The notes beneath the pieces were generated by a model. It had not been told where the DNA came from. It worked only from the letters and a program-made list of their open reading frames with translations, and made no database searches. From Acidimicrobiia bacterium (GTDB taxonomy: Bacteria > Actinomycetota > Acidimicrobiia > Spongiisociales > UBA5794): a stretch of DNA of 64,000 nucleotides. A program made the position numbers and the translations under genes. The stretch covers positions 192,488-256,487 of the forward strand of contig JAWKJB010000003.1 of the NCBI GenBank assembly GCA_041393965.1. The letters are read 5' to 3'. How positions within the stretch are numbered: the stretch's first letter is position 1; each line of letters begins with the position of its first letter. This document shows positions 1 through 11,731 of this stretch, in pieces.

Positions 1-63
1 CTTCAACCGGCACGCCACTAAACTCGCTGTCTGCATCCTCAGCCGAATCCGAGGAGATCACTC

Positions 64-741
64 ATGCAGCAGGAGACCCTGCGCGCGACCAAGCGCACGA
101 CATCGGGAAGCCGTGCTTCACGCCGGCTTCGGGACCGGGGTCGTGTGCCGGCAGTGGTCTACGGGTCCGGCCTCGATACGACGGAAGCCGTTCATGTCGA
201 CCGTCGTGAGTTGTACGGTGTGCTCCACACCGATGCCGGCCTCAACGCCATCATCGAGGTCGACATCGAAGGCGCTCAAGTCCTGACGGTCGCCCGTGAG
301 ATCCAACGCGACCCGATCAGAGGGACGATCTCGCACCTCGACTTGATTCAGGTCTCGCTCGATGTCGAGATCGAGGCCGAAGTCCACATCGAATACACGG
401 GTACTCCCGTCGGTGTGGTCGACGATGGCGGCATTGCCGAGACGCTTGCCGCCTCCATCACGATCAGTGCCCTTCCGAACGCAATCCCGGCCTCGATCGA
501 GGTGGATGTGACGCATCTCGGACTTCACGACACGCTGACCGTCGCCGATCTCCCCGAGGTGGAGGGTGTGACCTATCTCGCAGACGAGGGACACCCGCTG
601 CTCACCGTTGTCACGCCCGCCGCGGAAATCGTCGAAGAGCCGGAAGTCGACGAGCTCGAAGGCGAAGAGGCGATCGAGGGCGAAGAAGGCGACGAGGCCG
701 CTGCCGACGCCGTCGAGGAAGCCGAAGACGAAGAGGGTTGA
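64..741 (+). CDS. rplY: 50S ribosomal protein L25 / general stress protein Ctc, with an acidic E/D-rich C-terminal tail
   Basis: ATG at 64; L25/Ctc-like beta-barrel N-region; immediately upstream of pth (conserved rplY-pth pairing); C-terminal ~45 aa is E/D/A low complexity. Confidence 0.8.
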   Translation: MQQETLRATKRTTSGSRASRRLRDRGRVPAVVYGSGLDTTEAVHVDRRELYGVLHTDAGLNAIIEVDIEGAQVLTVAREIQRDPIRGTISHLDLIQVSLDVEIEAEVHIEYTGTPVGVVDDGGIAETLAASITISALPNAIPASIEVDVTHLGLHDTLTVADLPEVEGVTYLADEGHPLLTVVTPAAEIVEEPEVDELEGEEAIEGEEGDEAAADAVEEAEDEEG

Positions 742-1331
742 CCACAGAGTCGTCCGCACGCCTCATCGTTGGGCTCCGCAACCCCGGATCCGGTTACGAC
801 AGGACGCGCCACAACATCGGCTCCGTGGCGGTCGCAAGGTTCCTCGATGAACACGGTCTGGATCTCAAGCGTGCCCGTCAAGGTATCCGCGCGGACATCG
901 CCGAGACGAACCTCAGCGGGAATCGAATCGTCGTGACGGTCCCGCGGACCTTTATGAACGAATCGGGGCAGGCGGTCGCTCCGCTCGTGAAGTACTTCGG
1001 TATCGCGGCGGCGCGGATGCTGGTGGTCCACGACGACATCGATGTTCCGTTCGGCAAGCTCAAAGTCACCGATGGTGGGGGCCACGGCGGGCACAACGGC
1101 GTGCGGTCGATCATCGGGTCCCTCGGATTCGACGACTTCTGGCGCCTGAAGATCGGTGTCGGGAGACCTCCGAGCGGTGTGGATCCTGCCGATTTCGTCC
1201 TCGACCGTTTCCGTCCCGACGAGAGGGAATCGATCACGGTGACCGCGTACCGCGGCGCCGAGGTGATCGAGTCGTTCGTTGTCGACGGGGGGGAACGGGC
1301 ACGGCAGCATGCGGGCGAACTCAACATCTGA
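738..1331 (+). CDS. pth: peptidyl-tRNA hydrolase
   Basis: TTG start overlapping rplY stop (TTGA); motifs GLRNPG…RHNIGS…HDD…GGHGGHNG typical of Pth. Confidence 0.9.
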   Translation: MTTESSARLIVGLRNPGSGYDRTRHNIGSVAVARFLDEHGLDLKRARQGIRADIAETNLSGNRIVVTVPRTFMNESGQAVAPLVKYFGIAAARMLVVHDDIDVPFGKLKVTDGGGHGGHNGVRSIIGSLGFDDFWRLKIGVGRPPSGVDPADFVLDRFRPDERESITVTAYRGAEVIESFVVDGGERARQHAGELNI

Positions 1332-1339
1332 GGAGAACG

Positions 1340-2818
1340 ATGACTCGATATGTCGGGGCGATCGATCAGGGGACCACGAGCTCGCGATTCGTCGTCGTCG
1401 ATGATCGAGGCTCGATCGTTGCGAGAGCCCAGACGGAGCATGCCCAGATCCTCCCGCGACCCGGATGGGTCGAGCACGACCCATCCGAGATCTGGCGCAA
1501 CACCGAGTGGGCGATCTCGACGGCCCTCGACGAGGCCGGTCTCGTGGCGTCCGACCTTGCCGGCGTTGGTATCACCAACCAGCGTGAGACCACCGTCGTG
1601 TGGGACCGCTCGACCGGGAGACCCGTTGCGAACGCGATCGTGTGGCAAGACACGAGGACGGCGGAACTCTGCCGCTCGATCGCAGAGCGGGTTGGCGAAG
1701 ATGTCCTCCGACATCGAACGGGCCTTCCCGCCGCAACCTACTTCTCGGGGCCGAAGGTCCGGTGGCTGCTCGACTCGGATCCAGCGATCGCAACTGCGGC
1801 GTCCCGTGGAGAGCTGGCCTTCGGGACCGTTGATTCGTGGCTTGCGTTCCGGCTGACCGGCCGCCATGTCACCGATGTGACCAATGCGTCGAGGACGATG
1901 TTGATGGATCTCCGGACACTTGAGTGGGATGCGGATCTGTGCGACGCGATCGGGGTTCCCGCGTCGATGCTTCCGACGATCGAGGCGTCCGTCGCGCAGT
2001 ACGGGCCATGTGATGGTGTCCTCGCGGGCACGCAGCTGCGTGCCATCCTCGGCGATCAGCAGGCAGCCCTCTTCGGGCAGGCTGCGTTCGCTCACGGCGA
2101 CACCAAATGTACCTATGGCACCGGCGCCTTCCTGTTGACCAACACAGGTACCGTGCCGGTGCCATCCACCGCCGGGCTGCTGACGACGGTGGCATATCAA
2201 AGGCAAGGGCACGATGCGCGGTATGCCCTTGAGGGATCGGTTGCCGTCGCGGGGTCGTCGGTGCAATGGCTGCGCGACAATCTCGGTCTCATCGAGCACT
2301 CGGCCCAGGTCGAGGAGTTGGCTCGGCAGGTGTCCGACAACGGCGATGTGTATTTCGTTCCTGCGTTCTCGGGGCTGTTCGCACCGCACTGGCGTCCCGA
2401 CGCGCGAGGGGTGTTGGTCGGTCTCACCCGATTCAGCAACAGGGGGCATGTTGCTCGCGCCGTACTGGAAGCAACGGCATTCCAGGTCAAGGATGTCCTC
2501 GTGGCGATGCGCAACGACACGAAGACGAGCCTCGATGAACTCCGGGTCGACGGGGGAATGGTTGCCAACGAGCTCCTGATGCAGTTCCAGGCGGACATCC
2601 TCGACATGGATGTCGTGGTTCCCACCCAGATCGAGACCACGGTCCTCGGAGCCGCATATGGGGCGGGAATCACCGCAGGGATCTGGTCGGGAGCTGATGA
2701 TGTTCGCGACCGATGGACGGAACGGGAACGGTTCACACCTGGTCTGACGGTCGAACGAAGAACCGAACTCGATCGGGGGTGGCGAAAGGCCGTCGAGCGC
2801 TCCCTTGGCTGGGCCTGA
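1340..2818 (+). CDS. glpK: glycerol kinase
   Basis: 492 aa; N-terminal AIDQGTTSSRF, FGTVDSWL and full FGGY-kinase architecture of GlpK. Confidence 0.92.
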   Translation: MTRYVGAIDQGTTSSRFVVVDDRGSIVARAQTEHAQILPRPGWVEHDPSEIWRNTEWAISTALDEAGLVASDLAGVGITNQRETTVVWDRSTGRPVANAIVWQDTRTAELCRSIAERVGEDVLRHRTGLPAATYFSGPKVRWLLDSDPAIATAASRGELAFGTVDSWLAFRLTGRHVTDVTNASRTMLMDLRTLEWDADLCDAIGVPASMLPTIEASVAQYGPCDGVLAGTQLRAILGDQQAALFGQAAFAHGDTKCTYGTGAFLLTNTGTVPVPSTAGLLTTVAYQRQGHDARYALEGSVAVAGSSVQWLRDNLGLIEHSAQVEELARQVSDNGDVYFVPAFSGLFAPHWRPDARGVLVGLTRFSNRGHVARAVLEATAFQVKDVLVAMRNDTKTSLDELRVDGGMVANELLMQFQADILDMDVVVPTQIETTVLGAAYGAGITAGIWSGADDVRDRWTERERFTPGLTVERRTELDRGWRKAVERSLGWA

Positions 2819-2984
2819 GGCACTCCAGGCCGTTGTGGCTCAACGGGTGACCGTCCGTCGGCGTGATGATGGCGGAGTGGTCCCCGACCAGCACCCATCG
2901 CCGGCGATGCAACAGGCGGACAGCCGGATGCGGGCGCGACGGGCACCCTGCCCACGGTGCCGGAATCGCTTAGGCTCCGGGACC

Positions 2985-3539
2985 ATGTCGATCCCGAACC
3001 TCCTCGCTGTGACCCGGCTCGTGCTCACCCCCGTCGCGATGGTGCTGATCCTCCATTCGCCACAGGGGCGTGGTTACGCGTACGCCGCGGCAATCGTGTT
3101 CGGTGTCGCCGCCGCAACGGATTTTGCTGACGGCTATCTCGCCCGGAGGTGGCGTATCACGACCACACTCGGCGCGTTCTTGGATCTCGTCGCGGACAAG
3201 GTGCTCATCACCGGGTCCCTGATCGCGCTCGTGGCGATCGGGGCGACTTCGACCTGGGCCGCCTTCCTGATCATCGGAAGGGAGGTGGCGGTGATGGGGC
3301 TCCGATCCGTCGCAGCACTCGATCATTTCTCGGTTCCTCCTTCGATCTGGGGGAAGTGGAAGGCGACGGTCCAGTTCGTTGCGATCTTCTTCGCGATCCT
3401 GCTTCTCGATGTCGAGATCGGCCCGCTGCGTCTCGATGAGTGGCTGATGTGGGTTGCTGTCGGGGTCACGCTGCTGTCAGCAGGTGACTACTTCTCCCGA
3501 TTCCGGTCCGTGTTGTCACGGAAGGACCGCGCTGGGTAG
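2985..3539 (+). CDS. pgsA: CDP-diacylglycerol--glycerol-3-phosphate 3-phosphatidyltransferase (CDP-alcohol phosphatidyltransferase family)
   Basis: ATG at 2985 (MSIPNLL…), chosen over the long upstream ORF extension; D-G-x2-A-R…G-x3-D-x3-D motif (DFADGYLARR…FLDLVADKV); multiple TM helices. Confidence 0.8.
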   Translation: MSIPNLLAVTRLVLTPVAMVLILHSPQGRGYAYAAAIVFGVAAATDFADGYLARRWRITTTLGAFLDLVADKVLITGSLIALVAIGATSTWAAFLIIGREVAVMGLRSVAALDHFSVPPSIWGKWKATVQFVAIFFAILLLDVEIGPLRLDEWLMWVAVGVTLLSAGDYFSRFRSVLSRKDRAG

Positions 3540-3559
3540 CGGCGCGCGGCTGCGCGGCG

Positions 3560-3617
3560 CAACCCTGGGTTCCCACTCGGTCTGAGCCGACTGGCAGCCC
3601 TGGGCTCTACCCAGGGT
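3560..3617. repeat. inverted repeat/hairpin: AACCCTGGGT (3560-3569) … ACCCAGGGTT (3608-3617), 38-nt spacer containing a third CCCTGGG; degenerate member of the CCCAGGGTT motif family
   Basis: read directly in the pgsA-mfd intergenic region. Confidence 0.7.
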
Positions 3618-3631
3618 TAGCCTCCGGCCTT

Positions 3632-6600
3632 GTGTCTGCTCCGCTCCGCGCGCTCGTCGAGGCTTGGCGCCCGGCCCTTGATCCGCCGGTTCCGGGGCGT
3701 TTCGTCGTGCCACCGGCGGTCAGGGCGTTCATGCTCGCAGGAATGCTCGAAACGGCCGATCGGCCCCTCTTGGCGATCGTGGCGGGAGATCGCGAGGCTG
3801 AGGAGCTCGCTGAGGACATCGAGCTGTTCACGGACGAGGTCCATCATCTCCCGGCCTGGGAAACGCTCCCCTTCGAACATGTGTCGCCCAACATCGTCAC
3901 GATGGGTCGAAGGGTCGTTGCCCGCCACGCCCTCGACGCAGCGTACAAGGGCGTCGTCGTCGCTTCGGTTCGCGCGGTGTCACAGCGCCTGTCGCCGACG
4001 CGCACGGCACCGGTGCTCCTCGAGGCGGGCTCCACCCATGATTTCGATGATCTCGTCACCACCTTGAGCCACATCGGGTACCACCGCGTTGATCGGGTCG
4101 AAGCGAGGGGTGACTTCACGGTGAGGGGCGGCATCATCGACCTTTTTCCGCCGGAGGCAAACACCCCGATCCGGCTCGACTTCGTTGGTGACACCCTCGA
4201 CGAGATCCGCACCTTCTCGGTTTCCACACAGCGTTCCGATGAGCGCAAGGACACCGTTGCCGTGTTCCCTGCCCGCGAGCTCCTCCTCACCGAGGAAGTC
4301 CGCGACCGGGCGCGGGCCCTGATGGTCGAAGCGCCGTGGGCAGCCGCGACATGGGAGCGCATCGCCCAAGGGGTCGCATTCCAGGGCATGGAATCGTGGC
4401 TGCCCTGGTTGTCGGAACCGGCGACGCTGCTCGATGCCAAGACTCCGACCGTGGTCGTGTTCGATCGTTCGCGATGCGCCGAGCGCCTCGAGGAACTGAT
4501 TCGCGAGGAAGCCGATCTCGCAGAGGCACTGTCGGGGACATGGGGAACGGGGGAACCCGCCCCGAGCGATCATCCTCCCTTGTATCTCCCCCTCGACATT
4601 GACTCGGTCGGCGACCACCTGCTCGAGGCGGCTCCCCACGCCGCCGGGCCCGGTGATGATGGATACTCGCTCGGTGCCCTCGACGGGACCCCGGGTGATC
4701 CCGAGTCGATCGCCTCAGCGATCAACCGGTGGTCCGCTCGCGGCGTGTCGATCATCGTCGCAATGGATGGTGAGGGTGCCGCCAACCGGGCGGCAAAGGT
4801 CCTCTTGGAGGGGGGAGCCGACCTCCCGGTCATGTCGGAGCTCACAACGATCAGTCAGGCGGTGACCCCGACCGGAATCCACGCGGGGTTCATCCTTCCC
4901 TCCGCGGGCGTTGGGGTTGTCGGCGAGCGGGAGGTGGCTGGGAGACGCCGGGCCCATCGCCGCCTCCGGCCCGGCCACGGACGAGTTCCGAGGGATGCTT
5001 ACCGCGACCTCAACGAGGGCGACTTCGTCGTGCATCACCATCACGGGATCGGCCGGTTCGCCGGCCTCGTGCATCGCGAGATGGCAGGCGTGGAACGGGA
5101 CTACCTGCTGATCGAGTACGCAGCAGGAGACCGCCTCTATGTCCCGACCGATCAGCTTGCCGCCGTCACACGGTACACGGGTGGAGAGTCGCCTCGCCTA
5201 TCGCGTATGGGTGGTGCCGACTGGAACCAGGTCAGGTCCCGGATACGCAAGGAGGTCGCCGTGGTGGCCGACCAGGTCGTCGCGCTGCACCGCAAGCGTG
5301 CCGCCGCCGCCGGGCACACCTTCGGACCCGACACACCATGGCAGCACGAATTCGAGGCCGCGTTCCCGTACGAGGAAACTCCGGACCAGCAGCAGGCAAT
5401 CCTCGATGTCAAGGCTGACATGGAATCCGAGCGGCCCATGGACCGCCTCATCTTCGGTGATGTCGGCTTCGGCAAGACCGAAGTCGCCATCCGAGCCATG
5501 TTCAAGGCCGTCCAGGGAGGCAAGCAGGCCGCAATGCTTGTGCCGACCACACTTCTCGCCCAGCAGCATTTCGCAACCTTCGAGGACCGCTTCGCCCCGT
5601 ACCCGGTTCGGGTCGAGATGCTGTCCCGTTTTCTGACACCCGCCCAGCAACGGGAGGTCATCGCCGGCCTTGCCGACGGCACCGTGGACATCGTGGTCGG
5701 CACGCACCGACTGCTGTCCTCCGATATCGCGTTCGGCGACCTCGGTCTCGTGGTGGTCGACGAGGAGCAGCGCTTCGGCGTGGCCGCGAAGGACGCGCTT
5801 CGCGAGCTGCGTACCAGCACCGATGTGCTGACACTGACGGCAACACCGATCCCGAGGACGCTCGAGATGGCGCTCACCGGGATCCGCGATGTCTCCAACA
5901 TCCGGACCGCACCACAGGACCGGCATCCGATCCTGACCTATGTCGGACCATACGACGAGCAGGCCGTTTCGGCCGCGATCCGGCGCGAGATGCTGCGCGA
6001 GGGCCAGGTGTATGTCGTGCACAACCGGGTCCAGTCGATCGACCACGCCGTCACCCGACTTGCGGCGCTGGTGCCGGACGCTCGGATCGGGGTCGCCCAC
6101 GGACAGATGGGTGAAGCCCAACTTGAGCAGGTGATGTTCGACTTTTGGAACCGCCAATACGATGTTCTCGTGGCCACAACCATCATCGAATCGGGGCTCG
6201 ATGTCCCGCAGGTCAACACGCTCATCGTTGAGCGTTCCGATCGGTTGGGGCTGGCGCAGCTCTATCAGCTCCGTGGGAGGGTCGGGCGCTCGAACCAGCG
6301 GGCATACGCCTACCTGTTCCATCCGCCGGAGGAACGCATCGGCGAGGATGCCTACCGGCGTCTCGAGGCGATCGGGCAGTTCTCCGACCTTGGGAGCGGC
6401 TTCGAGCTCGCGATGCGGGACCTCGAGATCAGGGGGGCTGGCAGCGTGCTGTCCGAGACGCAATCGGGCCACATCGCAGCGGTCGGGTTCGACCTGTACA
6501 CGGAGCTCGTTGCCGACGCGGTCCTTGAACTGCAGGGAGGGGGACCACCGGTTCCGGAGCCATCACCGATCCGGATCGACCTCCCACTCGACGCCCATCT

Positions 6601-7024
6601 CCCCGACGGCTATGTGTCCGGTGTTGAGACCCGCCTCGAAGCGTACCGGCGTCTCGCTGCGGCTCGGAGCCTCGACGATGTCCACGATGTCGTTGCCGAA
6701 TGGCGTGATCGTTTCGGCGACCTGCCGGCGGCGGCCGAGGCCCTGATCGCGGTCGCCGAGCTCCGGGTCGAAGCGGCACGGCTCGGGATCGCCGAGATCC
6801 TCCAGACGCGGGACGAGGTCCGGATCAAACCCGTGGCTATGCGGGCATCCCAGGAGGTTCGGTTCAAGCGAATTGCACGGGACGGTTTGTTCCGCAACGG
6901 CACCGTGTACCTCCCGGCATCATTTGTGGGCACGACCGATCCCGCAGGTGCGATTGTCGGCTTCCTCCGTACAATGTGGCCTGCATCCGACGATGCACCC
7001 CCCGACTCGCACGACACCAGGTAG
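3632..7024 (+). CDS. mfd: transcription-repair coupling factor Mfd
   Basis: GTG start; 1130 aa; UvrB-homology N-region, DEAD/DEAH helicase motifs (GDVGFGKTEVA, DEEQRFGV), TRG motif and C-terminal D7; near colinear with Mycobacterium Mfd. Confidence 0.95.
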   Translation: MSAPLRALVEAWRPALDPPVPGRFVVPPAVRAFMLAGMLETADRPLLAIVAGDREAEELAEDIELFTDEVHHLPAWETLPFEHVSPNIVTMGRRVVARHALDAAYKGVVVASVRAVSQRLSPTRTAPVLLEAGSTHDFDDLVTTLSHIGYHRVDRVEARGDFTVRGGIIDLFPPEANTPIRLDFVGDTLDEIRTFSVSTQRSDERKDTVAVFPARELLLTEEVRDRARALMVEAPWAAATWERIAQGVAFQGMESWLPWLSEPATLLDAKTPTVVVFDRSRCAERLEELIREEADLAEALSGTWGTGEPAPSDHPPLYLPLDIDSVGDHLLEAAPHAAGPGDDGYSLGALDGTPGDPESIASAINRWSARGVSIIVAMDGEGAANRAAKVLLEGGADLPVMSELTTISQAVTPTGIHAGFILPSAGVGVVGEREVAGRRRAHRRLRPGHGRVPRDAYRDLNEGDFVVHHHHGIGRFAGLVHREMAGVERDYLLIEYAAGDRLYVPTDQLAAVTRYTGGESPRLSRMGGADWNQVRSRIRKEVAVVADQVVALHRKRAAAAGHTFGPDTPWQHEFEAAFPYEETPDQQQAILDVKADMESERPMDRLIFGDVGFGKTEVAIRAMFKAVQGGKQAAMLVPTTLLAQQHFATFEDRFAPYPVRVEMLSRFLTPAQQREVIAGLADGTVDIVVGTHRLLSSDIAFGDLGLVVVDEEQRFGVAAKDALRELRTSTDVLTLTATPIPRTLEMALTGIRDVSNIRTAPQDRHPILTYVGPYDEQAVSAAIRREMLREGQVYVVHNRVQSIDHAVTRLAALVPDARIGVAHGQMGEAQLEQVMFDFWNRQYDVLVATTIIESGLDVPQVNTLIVERSDRLGLAQLYQLRGRVGRSNQRAYAYLFHPPEERIGEDAYRRLEAIGQFSDLGSGFELAMRDLEIRGAGSVLSETQSGHIAAVGFDLYTELVADAVLELQGGGPPVPEPSPIRIDLPLDAHLPDGYVSGVETRLEAYRRLAAARSLDDVHDVVAEWRDRFGDLPAAAEALIAVAELRVEAARLGIAEILQTRDEVRIKPVAMRASQEVRFKRIARDGLFRNGTVYLPASFVGTTDPAGAIVGFLRTMWPASDDAPPDSHDTR

Positions 7025-7031
7025 CAATTCG

Positions 7032-7985
7032 ATGCCTTTGATCCGACCAGCCCGACCTCGTCGTTTCGCCGCCATTGCCGCGTTCGCGGTGCTGGTCGCC
7101 GCCGGCTGTGGGAGTTCGACCGGGGGAGCAGCGGCGGTTGTGAACGGCGTCTCGATCGAAGACTCCAGCGTCTACGCACTCGGTGGGCTCGATGCGCAAG
7201 CCGACACCGTGTCCGGGAGCGAGTTCCGAGATGCACTCTCGCTCCTCATCATCCAGCAAGCTCTGCTCGAAGCCGCTGACGAAACCTATGGTCTCGGGGA
7301 CCTGTCGGAACCCGACGCCCTTGAGGCGTTCATGAATGATCTCGAACCGAGCGAGGCCAACGCCATCAACGATGCGATCGACGCCGGTGTCTCCCAGGGG
7401 CGAGATCCCGCCGCAACACGCTCGTATGTGACCACCCAGCAGCACATTGCGACGGCCGTGTCAGAAGCGATCATGGCTGATCCCGTGTTCTTGTCCGATG
7501 TCTTCACCAACAGCCCCGAACTGCTGATGATGGTATGCGCCCGGCACATCCTCGTGGCGACCGCAGAGGAGGCGGACGAGGTCCTCACGAGGCTCGAGGC
7601 GGGCGAGGACTTCGGTGCCGTTGCGGGCGAAACGAGCCTCGACACCCAGTCGCTGGGAGGCGCGTTGCCGTGCCCGGCCTCTCCGTTCGTATTCGGACAA
7701 ACGCTCGGACCGGTGCTCGCATCGGTAGCGGTCGGCGAGTTGACAGGTCCCGTTGAGAGCGAGTTCGGCTACCACATCATCGTCGTCGACTCACGGGACA
7801 CGCCGGGGACCTTCATCGAATTGACGGGTGATCCCGATCGGTGGGTGCCGAGAGGCGTTATCGAAACCGAACTGACTGCCTGGTACAACGACGCACTCGC
7901 GCGTGCGGACATCATGGTCAGGTCCCAGATCGGAACTTGGAACCCACAGGCGGATGCCATCAGCCCGCCGCCCGGTTCTCCCTGA
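7032..7985 (+). CDS. parvulin-type peptidyl-prolyl cis-trans isomerase lipoprotein (PpiC/PrsA-like)
   Basis: ATG 7032, 8 nt after mfd stop; signal peptide with lipobox (VLVAAGCGSS); C-terminal parvulin domain (…ARHILVAT…GGALPCPASPF…GYHIIVVD). Confidence 0.7.
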   Translation: MPLIRPARPRRFAAIAAFAVLVAAGCGSSTGGAAAVVNGVSIEDSSVYALGGLDAQADTVSGSEFRDALSLLIIQQALLEAADETYGLGDLSEPDALEAFMNDLEPSEANAINDAIDAGVSQGRDPAATRSYVTTQQHIATAVSEAIMADPVFLSDVFTNSPELLMMVCARHILVATAEEADEVLTRLEAGEDFGAVAGETSLDTQSLGGALPCPASPFVFGQTLGPVLASVAVGELTGPVESEFGYHIIVVDSRDTPGTFIELTGDPDRWVPRGVIETELTAWYNDALARADIMVRSQIGTWNPQADAISPPPGSP

Positions 7986-9454
7986 TGGCAATCACCGTCG
8001 TCGGAATCGGGCCAGCGGGTCTCGACCGGTGCGGTGCACAGCAACTCGATGCGATCCTGGATCCCGAGGTGGTCGTTGTCGTGCGAACCGTGAAGCACCC
8101 GGCCGCCGCGGAGCTGGCGGAGCGCCGCCCAGTGCAGTCCTGTGATGACCTCTACGACACCCACGATGACTACGACGAGCTGTACCGCGCGATCGTCACG
8201 AGGGTGCTCCAGATCGCTCGGGATCGTGATGTCGTGTATGGCGTTCCCGGGAGCGCCGTCGTGGGGGAGCGCAGTGTTTCGATGCTGCGCGATCGATGCT
8301 CCGACCAAGGCATTCCGATCCGCGTGCTGCCGGGCTCGTCCTTTCTCGACCTCGTCTACCTCGAAGCGGGTGTGGATCCTATCGCCGACGGCCTCCAGGT
8401 CGTCGATGCACGAATGCTGCCGGATCCCTTTCCCTTGCACCTGCCGACGGTCATCACCCAGGTCGATACGCCGCTTCGGGCTGCGGATGTGTCGGTCGCT
8501 GTCGGGAGAACCCTCGCGCCGGACCACGAGCTTGTCGTCCTCGACCGCCTCGGCGACGACGATCAGGTCGTTGAGCGCATCACGGTGTCGGACCTCGCGA
8601 ACTACCGGGCGGGGTCGAGGACATCGGTGTTCATCGAAGCGACACCCGTTGGCTTGCTCGGCCTCGTCGCCACCAACCGGGTCCTCCGTCGCGAATGCCC
8701 GTGGGACCGCGAGCAGACCCATCACACCCTGTTGAGCCACCTTCTCGAGGAGGCATATGAGGCCGCCGACGCGATCGCGCTCCTGCCCCTCGATGCGCCC
8801 GATGGCCCCCCGGACTTCGGTGCCTATGCGGAAGTCGAAGAAGAGCTCGGCGACCTGTTGCTCCAAGTCGTGTTCCATGCAACGCTCGCGTCCGAGACCG
8901 GGGCCTTCGACATCGATGAAGTCGCAGAGACCATACGGGGAAAGCTCGTTGCCAGGCATCCCCATGTGTTCGGGGATGTCGTTGCCGAAACCCCAGGCGA
9001 GGTTCGGGCCAACTGGGAGCGTCTCAAGGTCGACGAGAAGCACCGCGAGAGCCTCATGGATGACATCCCCGTTGGCATGTCCGGTGTCGGGAGGGCGCAC
9101 AAGGTGCAGCTCCGCGCCGCAAGTGTCGGGTTCGATTGGGAAGACCCGGTTGCGGTGCTCGACGACCTCCGGAGCGAGATCGACGAGTTGGTCGCAGCGG
9201 ACTCCGACGACGAGGTCCATCACGAGGTCGGTGACATCCTGTTCGCAGCCATCAATGTGGCTCGGCTCAACGGCGTCGACCCCGAAACAGCCCTTCGGTC
9301 GAGCGTGAATCGTTTCATTGAACGCTTTCGCCTGATGGAGCAGCGGTTCGCCGCTGCGGGACGCACGATGAGCGACGCTCCGATGAGCGACCTCGACGCG
9401 GAGTGGGATCGCGCCAAGCAGTCCCTTGCGGACCATCCGACGACAAAGTCCTGA
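7985..9454 (+). CDS. mazG: MazG nucleoside-triphosphate pyrophosphohydrolase fused to an N-terminal tetrapyrrole-methylase-like (YabN-type) domain
   Basis: ATG overlaps the upstream stop (TGATG); N-domain MAITVVGIGPAGLD… (TP_methylase fold); two MazG EExxE/D repeats (EVEEELGDLLLQVVFHA…; EVGDILFAAINVAR). Confidence 0.85.
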   Translation: MAITVVGIGPAGLDRCGAQQLDAILDPEVVVVVRTVKHPAAAELAERRPVQSCDDLYDTHDDYDELYRAIVTRVLQIARDRDVVYGVPGSAVVGERSVSMLRDRCSDQGIPIRVLPGSSFLDLVYLEAGVDPIADGLQVVDARMLPDPFPLHLPTVITQVDTPLRAADVSVAVGRTLAPDHELVVLDRLGDDDQVVERITVSDLANYRAGSRTSVFIEATPVGLLGLVATNRVLRRECPWDREQTHHTLLSHLLEEAYEAADAIALLPLDAPDGPPDFGAYAEVEEELGDLLLQVVFHATLASETGAFDIDEVAETIRGKLVARHPHVFGDVVAETPGEVRANWERLKVDEKHRESLMDDIPVGMSGVGRAHKVQLRAASVGFDWEDPVAVLDDLRSEIDELVAADSDDEVHHEVGDILFAAINVARLNGVDPETALRSSVNRFIERFRLMEQRFAAAGRTMSDAPMSDLDAEWDRAKQSLADHPTTKS

Positions 9455-11191
<1,737 letters not shown>

Positions 11192-11211
<20 letters not shown>

Positions 11212-11731
11212 CGAATCCGTCGTAGCGATTCAGATCGGTCGTCCCCCGCGTTCGGCGGTGACGGTGCGGGCGCGATGTCACCTCCGGCTGCCGGTCGCCA
11301 TCGAAGTTCCTCCCGTGCTCGATGACGGGACCCCGTTCCCGACCCTGTACTGGCTGACCTGCCCGCTCGCCGTCACCCGCATCAGCCGGATCGAATCCCA
11401 CGGTGGCGTTCGCGCCGCCTCCGAGCTGCTTGCCTCGGATCCCGACATGGCTGAGACGATGGCAGCGACCCATCGACGATACGCAGCAGAGCGTGACTCG
11501 CGACTTCCCGCTGACTGGGATGGCCCCGTTCCCTCCGGTGGTGTTGCTGGGTCGATTGGCGGCGTCAAGTGCCTTCACGCCCAGTATGCGGACACGGTCG
11601 CAGGGAATCAGAACCCGATCGGGGAACAGGTCGCGGTGGAGATCGAACCACTGGACTGTCTGGTTGGGTGTGTGGTCGACGGTGGCGACGGTGTGGCGAT
11701 TCCGAACCCGGAATGGTCGGAACCGGTATGA
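11192..11731 (+). CDS. DUF501 domain protein
   Basis: conserved eno-ftsB-DUF501-ppx order; start ATG 11192 or 11204 (overlaps ftsB stop). Confidence 0.6.

Noticed and set aside
5198-6472. 424-aa antisense ORF inside mfd
   Set aside because: No motifs. It completely overlaps the conserved Mfd helicase region, so it is a GC-driven open frame.
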